NCBI GenBank assembly: GCA_965222155.1
Contig: CBDCTH010000010.1
Span: 65,021-129,020, forward strand
Direction of reading: 5' to 3'
DNA from: Gammaproteobacteria bacterium
GTDB taxonomy: Bacteria; Pseudomonadota; Gammaproteobacteria; Eutrophobiales; Eutrophobiaceae
DNA: 64,000 bases
In this document: positions 28,402 to 36,624 of the stretch, one piece after another
Position numbering within the stretch: position 1 is the first letter of the stretch
How the letters are laid out: every line of letters begins with the position of its first letter
The notes under the pieces: model-generated
Seen by the model: only the letters and a program-made list of their open reading frames with translations
Database searches by the model: none
What the model was told of the DNA's origin: nothing
Program-made: the position numbers and the translations under genes

Positions 28402-28469
28402 GAGCGTTTATGTTGAGAAAAGGGGACGGATTTATTTTCCTGGTTATAATACAATTATCCCGGTTGAAT

Positions 28470-28543
28470 TGGGGGCTCGTCTAATGGTAGGACAGCGGAC
28501 TCTGACTCCGCCAGTAGAGGTTCGAATCCTCTGCCCCCAGCCA
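28470..28543 (+). tRNA. tRNA-Gln (anticodon CTG)
   Basis: TGGGGGC acceptor stem, anticodon arm GCGGA-CTCTGAC-TCCGC, GGTTCGAATCC T-loop, encoded CCA; TATAAT at 28445. Confidence 0.97.
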
Positions 28544-28556
28544 GTTTCCCGTCCTG

Positions 28557-29039
28557 CTACAGGTTTTCCAGGATGTTCTCGGCTGAACTGACCTTGAACT
28601 CCATAGGCGCTTCGACATAGATCTGGGTAATCGTACTGTCTTCCACTACCAGGGCAAAACGCTGGCCCCGGGTGCCCAGGCCGAACCCGGAGGCATCCAG
28701 TTCCAGGCCCAGGGCCGCGGCATAAGTACCGTTACCATCGGCCAGCATCAATACCTTGTCACCGGCGCCGGCGCTGTTGCCCCAGGCATCCATGACAAAC
28801 ATGTCATTAACCGCCATGCAGGCGATGGTATCCACCCCTTTTGCCTTGATGGCGTCAGCCTGGTCAACAAAACCAGGCAGGTGTTCTTTTGAACAGGTGG
28901 GGGTAAACGCACCGGGTACCGAAAATACGACGACTTTCTTGCCGCTGAACAACTCCTCGGTACTCAATGAGCCTGGCCCATCTGCATTCATTATATGAAA
29001 TCGCCCTGCTGGGGCTTTATCTCCGACTTGTACTGTCAC
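28557..29039 (-). CDS. Peroxiredoxin (Prx5-like)
   Basis: PGAFTPTCS..HLPGF, VND.FVM.AW, LADGNG, RFALVV. Confidence 0.92.
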   Translation of the reverse strand: MTVQVGDKAPAGRFHIMNADGPGSLSTEELFSGKKVVVFSVPGAFTPTCSKEHLPGFVDQADAIKAKGVDTIACMAVNDMFVMDAWGNSAGAGDKVLMLADGNGTYAAALGLELDASGFGLGTRGQRFALVVEDSTITQIYVEAPMEFKVSSAENILENL

Positions 29040-29142
29040 TGTAACCTCTCATTTAGGTTGTTGGCTGTAATGAGAGGAATTATATCAGGGAATCGCATAC
29101 TTTTATAGCGACAGTATTTTCCAATATGAAATGAGCCTGAAG

Positions 29143-29406
29143 GAGGGGCTGCGACCCTGAAAATCCTATTTCAGGCTGCTATACCTGGCGCTGACAACAA
29201 GGCTGCCTGCTGTACCGCACTGTCAGCAATCTTACGCTCAATGTCACGCACTACCCGACTGAGGTACGTGCGTCACCGTCTCACCCGGCGCCGCATCCGC
29301 CGATACTGCCGGGCATGACCGTAACGGTTGGCCTGTTGCAAGGCCTGCCTGACCCCGCTGCCGATACCCTCAATGGTAGCCTGAAAGGGGGGTTTTCAAG
29401 ATCGAC
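29143..29406. mobile_element. IS5-family remnant
   Basis: Minus-strand fragment NRYGHARQYRRMRRR...RTYLSRVVRDIERKI resembles an IS5 transposase; end-like motifs GCGACCCTGAAAAT and GTTTTCAAGATCGAC. Confidence 0.6.
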
Positions 29407-29972
29407 TAAGGAAGTTTTCCTTTCAGTGTCTTTACAGGGTCTTGTCCCTGTATGGGGGTGGTCACAGCCAAGTAATAATCAGAAGCAGAGACTTTGCCTT
29501 TGTCAGTGGGTGTCTCATTGCTGGGAACCTTCTTAATCGGTATAGCCTTGTAGATGGTTTCATCTCCCTCTACCTTCTCCCAAGCAAACAGGACTTGTCC
29601 CGGGGACTGCCCGGCAACCTTGTCTTCCAGGTCCGCATCTTTGATATCCTGCCCCTCATAGAGATAAACCCCGACATCTCCTTCTGCTAACTCTGGAAGC
29701 AGCAAGGCAAACGTCCACTTCAGTTGTGTAAGAAAATCGATCTCCTCCAGCTCATAGACTTGTTCCGCAGCTTCCAACCACATGTTGTCCCCTTCCAGGT
29801 AAAAGACTTGTCCCGGTTCCAGTGACCGGTTCGAATCAGATTGGTTTTCCGCCTGAACAGGTATTGTCCGACCCACCGAGATTATTGTCAGCCAAACCAA
29901 TATCCCCGCCGCGACTCGATTTCCCCTGAGGCATCTAATCGACGTAACTCTATTCATGCTAACACATCTCAA
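29406..29972 (-). CDS. Hypothetical acidic secreted protein
   Basis: 188-aa ORF with a signal-like N-terminus (...IPVQA); overlaps the upstream ORF by 4 bp. No family recognised. Confidence 0.55.
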   Translation of the reverse strand: MRCVSMNRVTSIRCLRGNRVAAGILVWLTIISVGRTIPVQAENQSDSNRSLEPGQVFYLEGDNMWLEAAEQVYELEEIDFLTQLKWTFALLLPELAEGDVGVYLYEGQDIKDADLEDKVAGQSPGQVLFAWEKVEGDETIYKAIPIKKVPSNETPTDKGKVSASDYYLAVTTPIQGQDPVKTLKGKLP

Positions 29973-30385
29973 CCTAGAGCACTCTTGACGATAGTGAACG
30001 CCAGAGCGGGTACCAACATTCCGATGAAGAACAGTCGTAGCGGACCACCGTGTTTAATTCTACATGCAATCTGTACTGCTACGATAACAGGTAATAATAG
30101 GACAAGAATGATCTTCACATTCACAGACACAAAGTCGAGCCGATCGACCGCTGCCTGGTCTAGATATTGAGTCACTCCCACCAAGATGAAGATAACTATC
30201 CCCAACCAGGCATTTACAAGGCGTCCAAGCCAGTGCAGGCGCGGTGGGCCTTTACCCAGATAAACTTCCACTATGCTTTCGACAACCCCGGCAAGCAGTT
30301 TCGTAATGCTGCCGTTATCACCGGCTATAGAATCGCCTCCCTCTTTGGGGCGTTCAGTTGAGTTTCTATCAGAATCCAGCATCAT
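29969..30385 (-). CDS. Hypothetical membrane protein (about 3 TM helices)
   Basis: 138-aa ORF with three hydrophobic segments; coupled to the downstream ORF. Confidence 0.55.
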   Translation of the reverse strand: MMLDSDRNSTERPKEGGDSIAGDNGSITKLLAGVVESIVEVYLGKGPPRLHWLGRLVNAWLGIVIFILVGVTQYLDQAAVDRLDFVSVNVKIILVLLLPVIVAVQIACRIKHGGPLRLFFIGMLVPALAFTIVKSALG

Positions 30386-30423
30386 TCAAGTTCTCTAATA
30401 ACGAGAAGCATAGCAGCTTTTCC

Positions 30424-30751
30424 CGTAACTTCTCAATAACCAGTATTTTCCAACAGCAGTTCCCGCTAACTCAGGGACCGAGGGCATCCTGCCCTCGTGG
30501 AGGGCGAGACGCCCTCCCTCCCAGGGAAACATGCCCCTTTATGGTCAGAGTATGCCAGAATCCGGTAATAATCACTGTATTGACCTCGATTTAGCGGGAA
30601 TGGCTGTGCATAAGGCATCTTGCGCACCCCGCGAGCTGAAGGCGCCGGGTTATTCAGAGGTGACGGCGATACCATTTACCATTCATTTCCCGGAACGAGG
30701 GCATCTTGCCCTCGTTCCCAGGAAAATGCACGAGCTTATTGAGAAGTTACG
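30424..30751. mobile_element. Outer MITE with 16-bp perfect TIR CGTAACTTCTCAATAA
   Basis: 30424-30439 is the exact reverse complement of 30736-30751; the element contains MITE copy C and a REP hairpin. Confidence 0.7.
30454..30606 (+). mobile_element. MITE copy C (both ends present, 153 bp)
   Basis: CAGCAGTTCCCGCTAA ... TTAGCGGGAATGGCTG. Confidence 0.85.
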
Positions 30752-30969
30752 AAACAAACAAATATTTCACGTAAACTTCTCAGTATTCGAGGTGTTCTGA
30801 AAAGGCTGTAGAAAATTGAAAAACCTAATTATTAATTCATGCAGTTACAAGTAATTCCCGGTTGACGGCAGACGTTGAAAATCAGCGGGAGCATCTGCCC
30901 TGGACAGCCGATAGAGTGACAATCATGAATACTTTATGGTTTAATCATCCAGAAATACGAGTAACTTCG

Positions 30970-32166
30970 ATGACAACCTCGGAACAACCGATTTCCGCGT
31001 GGGCCGGGCCGGCGTTTCTCTCGCTTGGCTTGCGTCCGTTCTTTCTCTCCGCCGCCGTCTGGGCGGCGCTGAGCATGGCGCTGTGGATACTGATCTTGCG
31101 TGGGCAGCTGGTGCTTCCCACCACGTTCGATCCGGTATCCTGGCATGCCCATGAGATGCTGTTCGGCTATCTCGGTGCGGTGATGGCCGGGTTTCTGCTG
31201 ACTGCAGTACCAAATTGGACCGGCCGGCCGCCGATTGTCGGATGGACTCTGCTGGGTTTCTTCGCCCTGTGGCTTCTAGGCCGGGTCGTGGTCGCAGTAT
31301 CGGACTTTCTGTCACCCTTGCTGGTGGCGGCAATCGATCTCTCGTGCCTCGTGGTTCTCGGCGCGGTCATGCTGCGCGAGATTATCGTTACAGGGAATTG
31401 GCGGAACCTGGGCGTCATCGCCATCCTCAGCATCTTCATTGTGGGCAATGCACTTTTTCACGAGGAGGCCGCGAGGGGGGGTCTTGCGGCGTCGGGTTTT
31501 GGCCTTCGTCTCAGCGTTGCGGCCGCAATCATGCTGATCACGCTAGTCGGCGGCCGCATTGTGCCCTCTTTCACGCGCAACTGGCTGGTGCAACGCGGCA
31601 GCGCCGACCTGCCGCCCGCATTCGGACGATTGGATGGGCTTGCCCTCGCCTTAAGCCTGCTGGCGCTGTTGTCCTGGGTCGTAGCGCCGGATTGGGCCGG
31701 TACCGGCTATCTTCTGCTGGCGGCGGGGCCGGCGCAGGCCGGGCGGCTTTTCCGGTGGCGCGGGTTGAAGACATGTGCGGAACCCTTGGTCTGGATCCTG
31801 CATGTGGGATATGCCTTCGTGCCCATCGGCATGCTGGCCATGGCCTCGGCGACGCTGTGGCCCGACGCGCTCATGGTTCCTGCTGCGCAGCACATCTGGA
31901 TGGCGGGAGCCGTCGGCGTCATGACTCTTGCGGTCATGACCCGCGCAAGTCTTGGTCACACGGGCAGAGCACTGACAGCGGGCGCGGGGACGACGGCGTT
32001 GTATCTGCTGGTGCTGGCCTCGGTGCTTACGCGGCTCCTGGCCGGTATAGTGCCGGAATCGACGTTGCCGTTGCTCACCTTGTCCGCTATCTTGTGGTCC
32101 ACCGGTTTTACGGGGTTCGCAGTCCTCTACGGCCCCTTACTGATCCGTTCGCGCGCGGTAAGTTGA
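30970..32166 (+). CDS. nnrS: NnrS heme/copper membrane protein (nitrosative stress)
   Basis: GLRPFF, WHAHEMLFG, GFLLTAVPNWTG, GGRIVPSFTRNWL, LHVGY, AVMTRASLGHTGR. Confidence 0.92.
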   Translation: MTTSEQPISAWAGPAFLSLGLRPFFLSAAVWAALSMALWILILRGQLVLPTTFDPVSWHAHEMLFGYLGAVMAGFLLTAVPNWTGRPPIVGWTLLGFFALWLLGRVVVAVSDFLSPLLVAAIDLSCLVVLGAVMLREIIVTGNWRNLGVIAILSIFIVGNALFHEEAARGGLAASGFGLRLSVAAAIMLITLVGGRIVPSFTRNWLVQRGSADLPPAFGRLDGLALALSLLALLSWVVAPDWAGTGYLLLAAGPAQAGRLFRWRGLKTCAEPLVWILHVGYAFVPIGMLAMASATLWPDALMVPAAQHIWMAGAVGVMTLAVMTRASLGHTGRALTAGAGTTALYLLVLASVLTRLLAGIVPESTLPLLTLSAILWSTGFTGFAVLYGPLLIRSRAVS

Positions 32167-32170
32167 AATA

Positions 32171-32282
32171 TACAGATTCTCCAGAATGTTTTCGGCTGAG
32201 CTGACTTTGAATTCCATGGGCGCTCCGCCGTGGAACTGAGTAATCGTGCCGCCTTCCACTACCAGGGCAAAACGCTGACCCG
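32171..32282 (-). pseudogene. Diverged copy of the peroxiredoxin 3' end
   Basis: GQRFALVVEGGTITQFHGGAPMEFKVSSAENILENL versus GQRFALVVEDSTITQIYVEAPMEFKVSSAENILENL at 28557. Confidence 0.9.
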
Positions 32283-32305
32283 CAGCCCCCGTTGGAAAAC
32301 GCGGG

Positions 32306-32538
32306 TTAAGGGAATTCTGTGAGAACCTGTTCCAAGGGTTTGCGCTCCGCTGCGAGAATTTCAGCCGGGAAGCCGTACCAGAACATGCCCACCACCTGTT
32401 CCCGGGCGGGATCCGCCCCGATGATGTCATGGAAATCCCGGGTCCGAGTCACCGCGCCGGTGGTCCATTTCACCCCGATACCCTCATCCCAGAGCAGCGG
32501 CATCAGGTTCTGGACGACGCAGCAACAGGAGGCGTAGA
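32306..32538 (-). pseudogene. Diverged copy of the nitroreductase 3' end
   Basis: YASCCCVVQNLM...GIGVKWTTGAVTRT...FWYGFPA...LTEFP aligns with the C-terminus of 34523-35071. Confidence 0.9.
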
Positions 32539-32587
32539 GCAAATCTCACAAAAAAATCAGGCGTCTCGGTTGGGTTACGGCTAGCAA

Positions 32588-33686
32588 CAGCAATTCCCGC
32601 TAACGCCTGAGACGTGCTGAAATCCTTATCAATACAGGGGTTTTTGCAGGGGTTAAAAAAAGTGTTCGTAAACGTTTCATGTTGATTCAGTCTACTAGCA
32701 GGCATTAGTCAAGTCAACGTGACCCATCCTGTCCGTCCTTATCTGCGCAAGACCCTGAGCGCCCCCGGTTTGTTACGTGAGGTGCGTCGTTGTTTTCAAG
32801 CTAGCAACGATGACACGGTCGGTCGGGGTTTGACCCTGGCGGATTACCTGCTGTCGGGGTTGGCCGTGTTCGGCTTGACGTATCCATCGTTGTTGCAATT
32901 TGACCGGGGTCCGGGGGACGAGTTGGTGCGGTCGAATCTGCGGTCGTTATACGGGATAGGACGGGACCCAGAGCCTGCCCCTGTATGGCGTTGAGCAGGG
33001 GGACACGGCCTTGCGGGCACGCGTGGACGCGCTGGCCCCCGCGGGGTGACGGCGTGCCTGCCGGCGGGTGGTTCAGGTGCTACAACGGGGCAAGCTGCTG
33101 GAAGACGTTCTCTGGTGGGGCGGTCATGACCTGCTGTCGGTGGACGGGACCGGGTAGTTTCAGTCGGACACGGTGCATTGCGAGCAGTGTTGTGAGACAC
33201 ATCACCGGGACGGGCGGGTGAGTTGGTATCATCAGTTAATACCCTGAAGCACCCAGGCGACCACGTTGAGCATACCCTCCAACACGGCTATCAGCACCTG
33301 TCCACGGTGCTGGCGTGTCTGATTGACCCGGTGCAGCAGCACTGCTGCGGGCTGTTTCAACAGGGGGTGGCGAAGCGGGGCTGCAAGCGTGACGTCCGGG
33401 AGACACTGCGCAGCGTCTTCTGCACCTGGCTGGTGCCGGATTGGGACACCGTGTATCGGGCCCTGGCCTACGGTGTATCGCCTACGGTGGTGGCGCCGTA
33501 TGATACCGCTTGAGGACGGGCCGGGGTCGAGTAGTTCGAGGTGGGGAACGTCAGGGGAAGCCAAGCCACATCAACATAACCGGGGATAGCCGGCGGGTCG
33601 CGTATCCCCTGAGGGTCGGGTCACGGTGAAAAAAACGAACCTGACCCGACAATATAACCAGCTGATAAAGTTAGCGGGAGCTGCTG
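32588..33686 (+). mobile_element. Internally deleted IS (ISNCY-like transposase remnant) with TIRs and a 9-bp TSD
   Basis: TIR CAGCAATTCCCGCTAA / TTAGCGGGAGCTGCTG; TSD GGCTAGCAA at 32579-32587 and 33687-33695; fragments RKTLSAPGLL..., PSLLQFD, LSVDGTG, NTLK..G...EH. Family assignment tentative. Confidence 0.85.
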
Positions 33687-33745
33687 GGCTAGCAAGCAGG
33701 TCCTTGCTCGTCATACACTAGTACCCTAATTGATTTGGACTCAAG

Positions 33746-34015
33746 TTACTCCACTTGCCAGTCAACAATTTGTTCATACAACTTTGCATTCATTTCTTCT
33801 CGCGTAGTCAACGTTCGCGTCTCACCAACCGGAAACTCAGTGGAAAAGTGTACAGCTTCTATCTCAAAGCCCTCAGCGTCCACACCTTGCAAGGTAAAAT
33901 AAACATCTTCATCATCCGAGTTGTTCTTAACAGTGATTTTGATTGCAAAGATCACATCCCCGTATTCATCGGTAGTGATAACTTTAGTAGTGATGCCATT
34001 AACTTTGTATTTCAT
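33746..34015 (-). CDS. Small acidic beta-rich hypothetical protein
   Basis: 89-aa ORF with RBS AGGAG; AT-rich. Confidence 0.6.
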   Translation of the reverse strand: MKYKVNGITTKVITTDEYGDVIFAIKITVKNNSDDEDVYFTLQGVDAEGFEIEAVHFSTEFPVGETRTLTTREEMNAKLYEQIVDWQVE

Positions 34016-34522
34016 TGGATACTCCTATTAAGTTGTTATGAAACATCAACCATTGTTCTGGCGGCCGCTATCATACCACGTGGAGCATTCAGATTTACCA
34101 GAGAGCCCAGCATTAGAGCTCATCAAGACATGAAGTATAAGGGGACGCCCATTAGCCAGTCTCTGTCAAGCGGGCACAACCCGGTTCTCCTGAGCCATCA
34201 GGCTTCTGATTAAATTAAACACCGGATACACGCCTGTTGTTTCATTAGTGTGTTATCGTATTGTAACAATACGCAACAAACACCCATCAGTCTCCTCATT
34301 GTGGATGGTTTGTACACCCAACAGCCTAACCTGCTTCTGCAGGTTAGGGAGACTGGCTATATGAGTATCAGATTTGAAATCCGTCCCCGGCGTCCCTGGA
34401 ATGGATTTGGATACTCGAAGAGTGCCCGAAGGGGGCGCTGCAAGGATGGAGCGTATCAAAAAGACAAGCAAGGGCGCATTGCCTGGTAATGGAAATCCGG
34501 GCTGGCCTGCCCGGCACGCTGC

Positions 34523-35071
34523 TCAGGGAATTTCCGTAAGAACCCGCTCCAGGGACTTGCGCTCCGCCCCCGGGATGTCAGCCGGGAATCCGTACCAGAA
34601 CAGGCCCACCACTTCTTCCTGTTCGCTATCCACCCCGATGATGTCATGGAAAGCACCTGTCCGGGTCACCGCGCCGGTAGTCCATTTCACGCCGATTCCA
34701 CCATCCCACAGGATCAGCATCAGGTTCTGGGCCACGCAACAGCAGGAGGCGTAATCTTCCCGCATGGTGACCTCATCATCCGATTTCCGGCAGGTCAGGA
34801 CCAGCCAGCCGGGTACTTCCCGCCAGCGTTTGAACTTGATCTCTGCCGCTCTTTCACCCTGTTTCTCATGAACAAGTTTCGCGTTCAGCAAACATATCTG
34901 ATGCTTGCTTTTTTCACCCAGCAGATAGAACATCCAGGGTTGCGTCAGGTAGTGGTTTGGCGCCCAGATAGCCTGTTCCATGGCTGCCCGAATCGTAGCG
35001 TCATCGGGAACTGGTTCTGGCTTGAACTGGTGGATGGTACGCCGGTTCATGATGAGGTCTTTTATTTCCAT
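34523..35071 (-). CDS. Nitroreductase family protein
   Basis: RRTIHQF, APNH..TQPW.F, QNLML..W..GIG.KWTTG. Confidence 0.9.
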   Translation of the reverse strand: MEIKDLIMNRRTIHQFKPEPVPDDATIRAAMEQAIWAPNHYLTQPWMFYLLGEKSKHQICLLNAKLVHEKQGERAAEIKFKRWREVPGWLVLTCRKSDDEVTMREDYASCCCVAQNLMLILWDGGIGVKWTTGAVTRTGAFHDIIGVDSEQEEVVGLFWYGFPADIPGAERKSLERVLTEIP

Positions 35072-35089
35072 TTACAGGTAACAAACAAG

Positions 35090-36259
35090 TTAAGACATGA
35101 AAAATTGTAACAGGTCGTTCAGGTAGCGCGACCCTTTTTCGGTTGGCTTGAGCAACCCCTGTTCATCTTCCAGCAGTCCTTCGTTTCTGGCGGCGTCGAC
35201 CTGTGCGCGGATGGCATCCGCTGGTAGCCCGGTCCTTTCACAGAAAGAATTCCGCGCTACACCATCCTTCAGGCGCAGTGCATTCAGCATGAATTCCAGG
35301 ATGCAATCTGCTTCCGTCAACGTTTTATGTTCGGCAATAACCGAATCGGACCCGGCGCTACGGATATAACTCTCCGGCATGCGTAATCGTGACTGTCTGG
35401 TTATCGACGTTCGTAAAGATGGATCACCGGTCTCATTCCGGGTGGTGACCTTGCCGTGGGCGCCGGCACCGATACCGATATAATCGCCGAATTCCCAGTA
35501 ATTCAGGTTGTGACGGCATTCACTGCCTTCCCTGGACCAGGCGGAGATCTCGTATTGACGGTAGCGGTGCCGGGTCAGGTAGTCCACGCCGCAACCTTGC
35601 ATCTTCCAGATTAAATCGTCTTCAGGCAACGGCGGCGGTTTTACATGGAATACGGTATTGGGTTCGATAGTGAGTTGATACCAGGATATATGCGCAGGTT
35701 CAAGACTGACTGCCCGGTCGAGGTCGGATAAGGCGTCTTCCGTAGTCTGTCCCGGCAGTCCATACATCAGGTCGATATTGATATTGGAAAACCCGGCGTC
35801 AACGGCGATTTCAAATGCAGATACCGCAGCATTACCGTCGTGAATCCGCCCGATAGCCGCGAGGCTGCCGTCATTGAAGCTTTGCGCGCCGATGGAAAGC
35901 CGGTTCACGCCCAGGCTTCGGTAACCTGCAAAGCGTCGGCTGTCGGCCGTGCCGGGGTTTGCTTCCAGGGTAATTTCAGTCGCGGCAGAAAGCGTTGAAA
36001 CGGTATTGACGGCCTCCAGTATCGAGCCGATACCCTCTACCGACATGACGCTTGGCGTACCGCCGCCAATGAAAACAGAGGCAAGTTCCCTGCCTTGGAA
36101 TAACCCGGCGCTGAATTTCAGGTCACGAACCACGGCGTCAACGTAGCCCTGCTCCGGGAAGGAACCGTCTTTTATTTCATGGGAATTAAAATCACAGTAG
36201 GGACATTTTCTGATACACCAGGGAAGGTGAATGTACAGCGATAAAGGCAAGTCAATCAA
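35090..36259 (-). CDS. hemW: Radical SAM heme chaperone HemW
   Basis: YIHLPWCIRKCPYCDFNS, GGGTPS, EANP, YEIS, HNLNYW. Confidence 0.93.
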   Translation of the reverse strand: MIDLPLSLYIHLPWCIRKCPYCDFNSHEIKDGSFPEQGYVDAVVRDLKFSAGLFQGRELASVFIGGGTPSVMSVEGIGSILEAVNTVSTLSAATEITLEANPGTADSRRFAGYRSLGVNRLSIGAQSFNDGSLAAIGRIHDGNAAVSAFEIAVDAGFSNINIDLMYGLPGQTTEDALSDLDRAVSLEPAHISWYQLTIEPNTVFHVKPPPLPEDDLIWKMQGCGVDYLTRHRYRQYEISAWSREGSECRHNLNYWEFGDYIGIGAGAHGKVTTRNETGDPSLRTSITRQSRLRMPESYIRSAGSDSVIAEHKTLTEADCILEFMLNALRLKDGVARNSFCERTGLPADAIRAQVDAARNEGLLEDEQGLLKPTEKGSRYLNDLLQFFMS

Positions 36260-36375
36260 GGAATTTACCCGCAGATTAGCGCCAGTCGAAAAACCATCCC
36301 GTTATAAAGGACAATGCACTGCCGGGTTCCGGCGTGCGCCGGAATCACTCGTCTTCCGGGTTCTCTGTGGCGTTA

Positions 36376-36600
36376 CAGGCGCTCCCGCCAAATGGAGGTC
36401 AATACAGTGATTCTTGCCGGATTCGGGCATACTCTGACCATAAAGGGGCATGTTTCCCTGACACAGGGGGGACAGATTTAAATCTGTCCCCCAGGAGATG
36501 TTCCCAGGAGATAAGGGGTCATGTTTCCCTGGGAGGGAGGGCGTCTCACCCTCCACGGGGACAGGATGCCTTCGATCCCGGGCGTTAGCGGGAACTGCTG
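36376..36600 (-). mobile_element. MITE copy D (complete, inverted, with an extra internal palindrome)
   Basis: Ends CAGGCGCTCCCGCCAA / TTAGCGGGAACTGCTG; flanked by GTGGCGTTA (36367-36375) and GTGGCCTTA (36601-36609). Confidence 0.88.
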
Positions 36601-36624
36601 GTGGCCTTACAAAAGACTTGCTTT

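Noticed and set aside
28470-28543. tRNA-Gln as an island attachment site
   Set aside because: No duplicated tRNA 3' end and no integrase seen; a normal gene follows immediately.
34250-34500. Possible ORFs or structured RNA downstream of the nitroreductase
   Set aside because: No recognisable motif and no second copy in the window; left uncalled.
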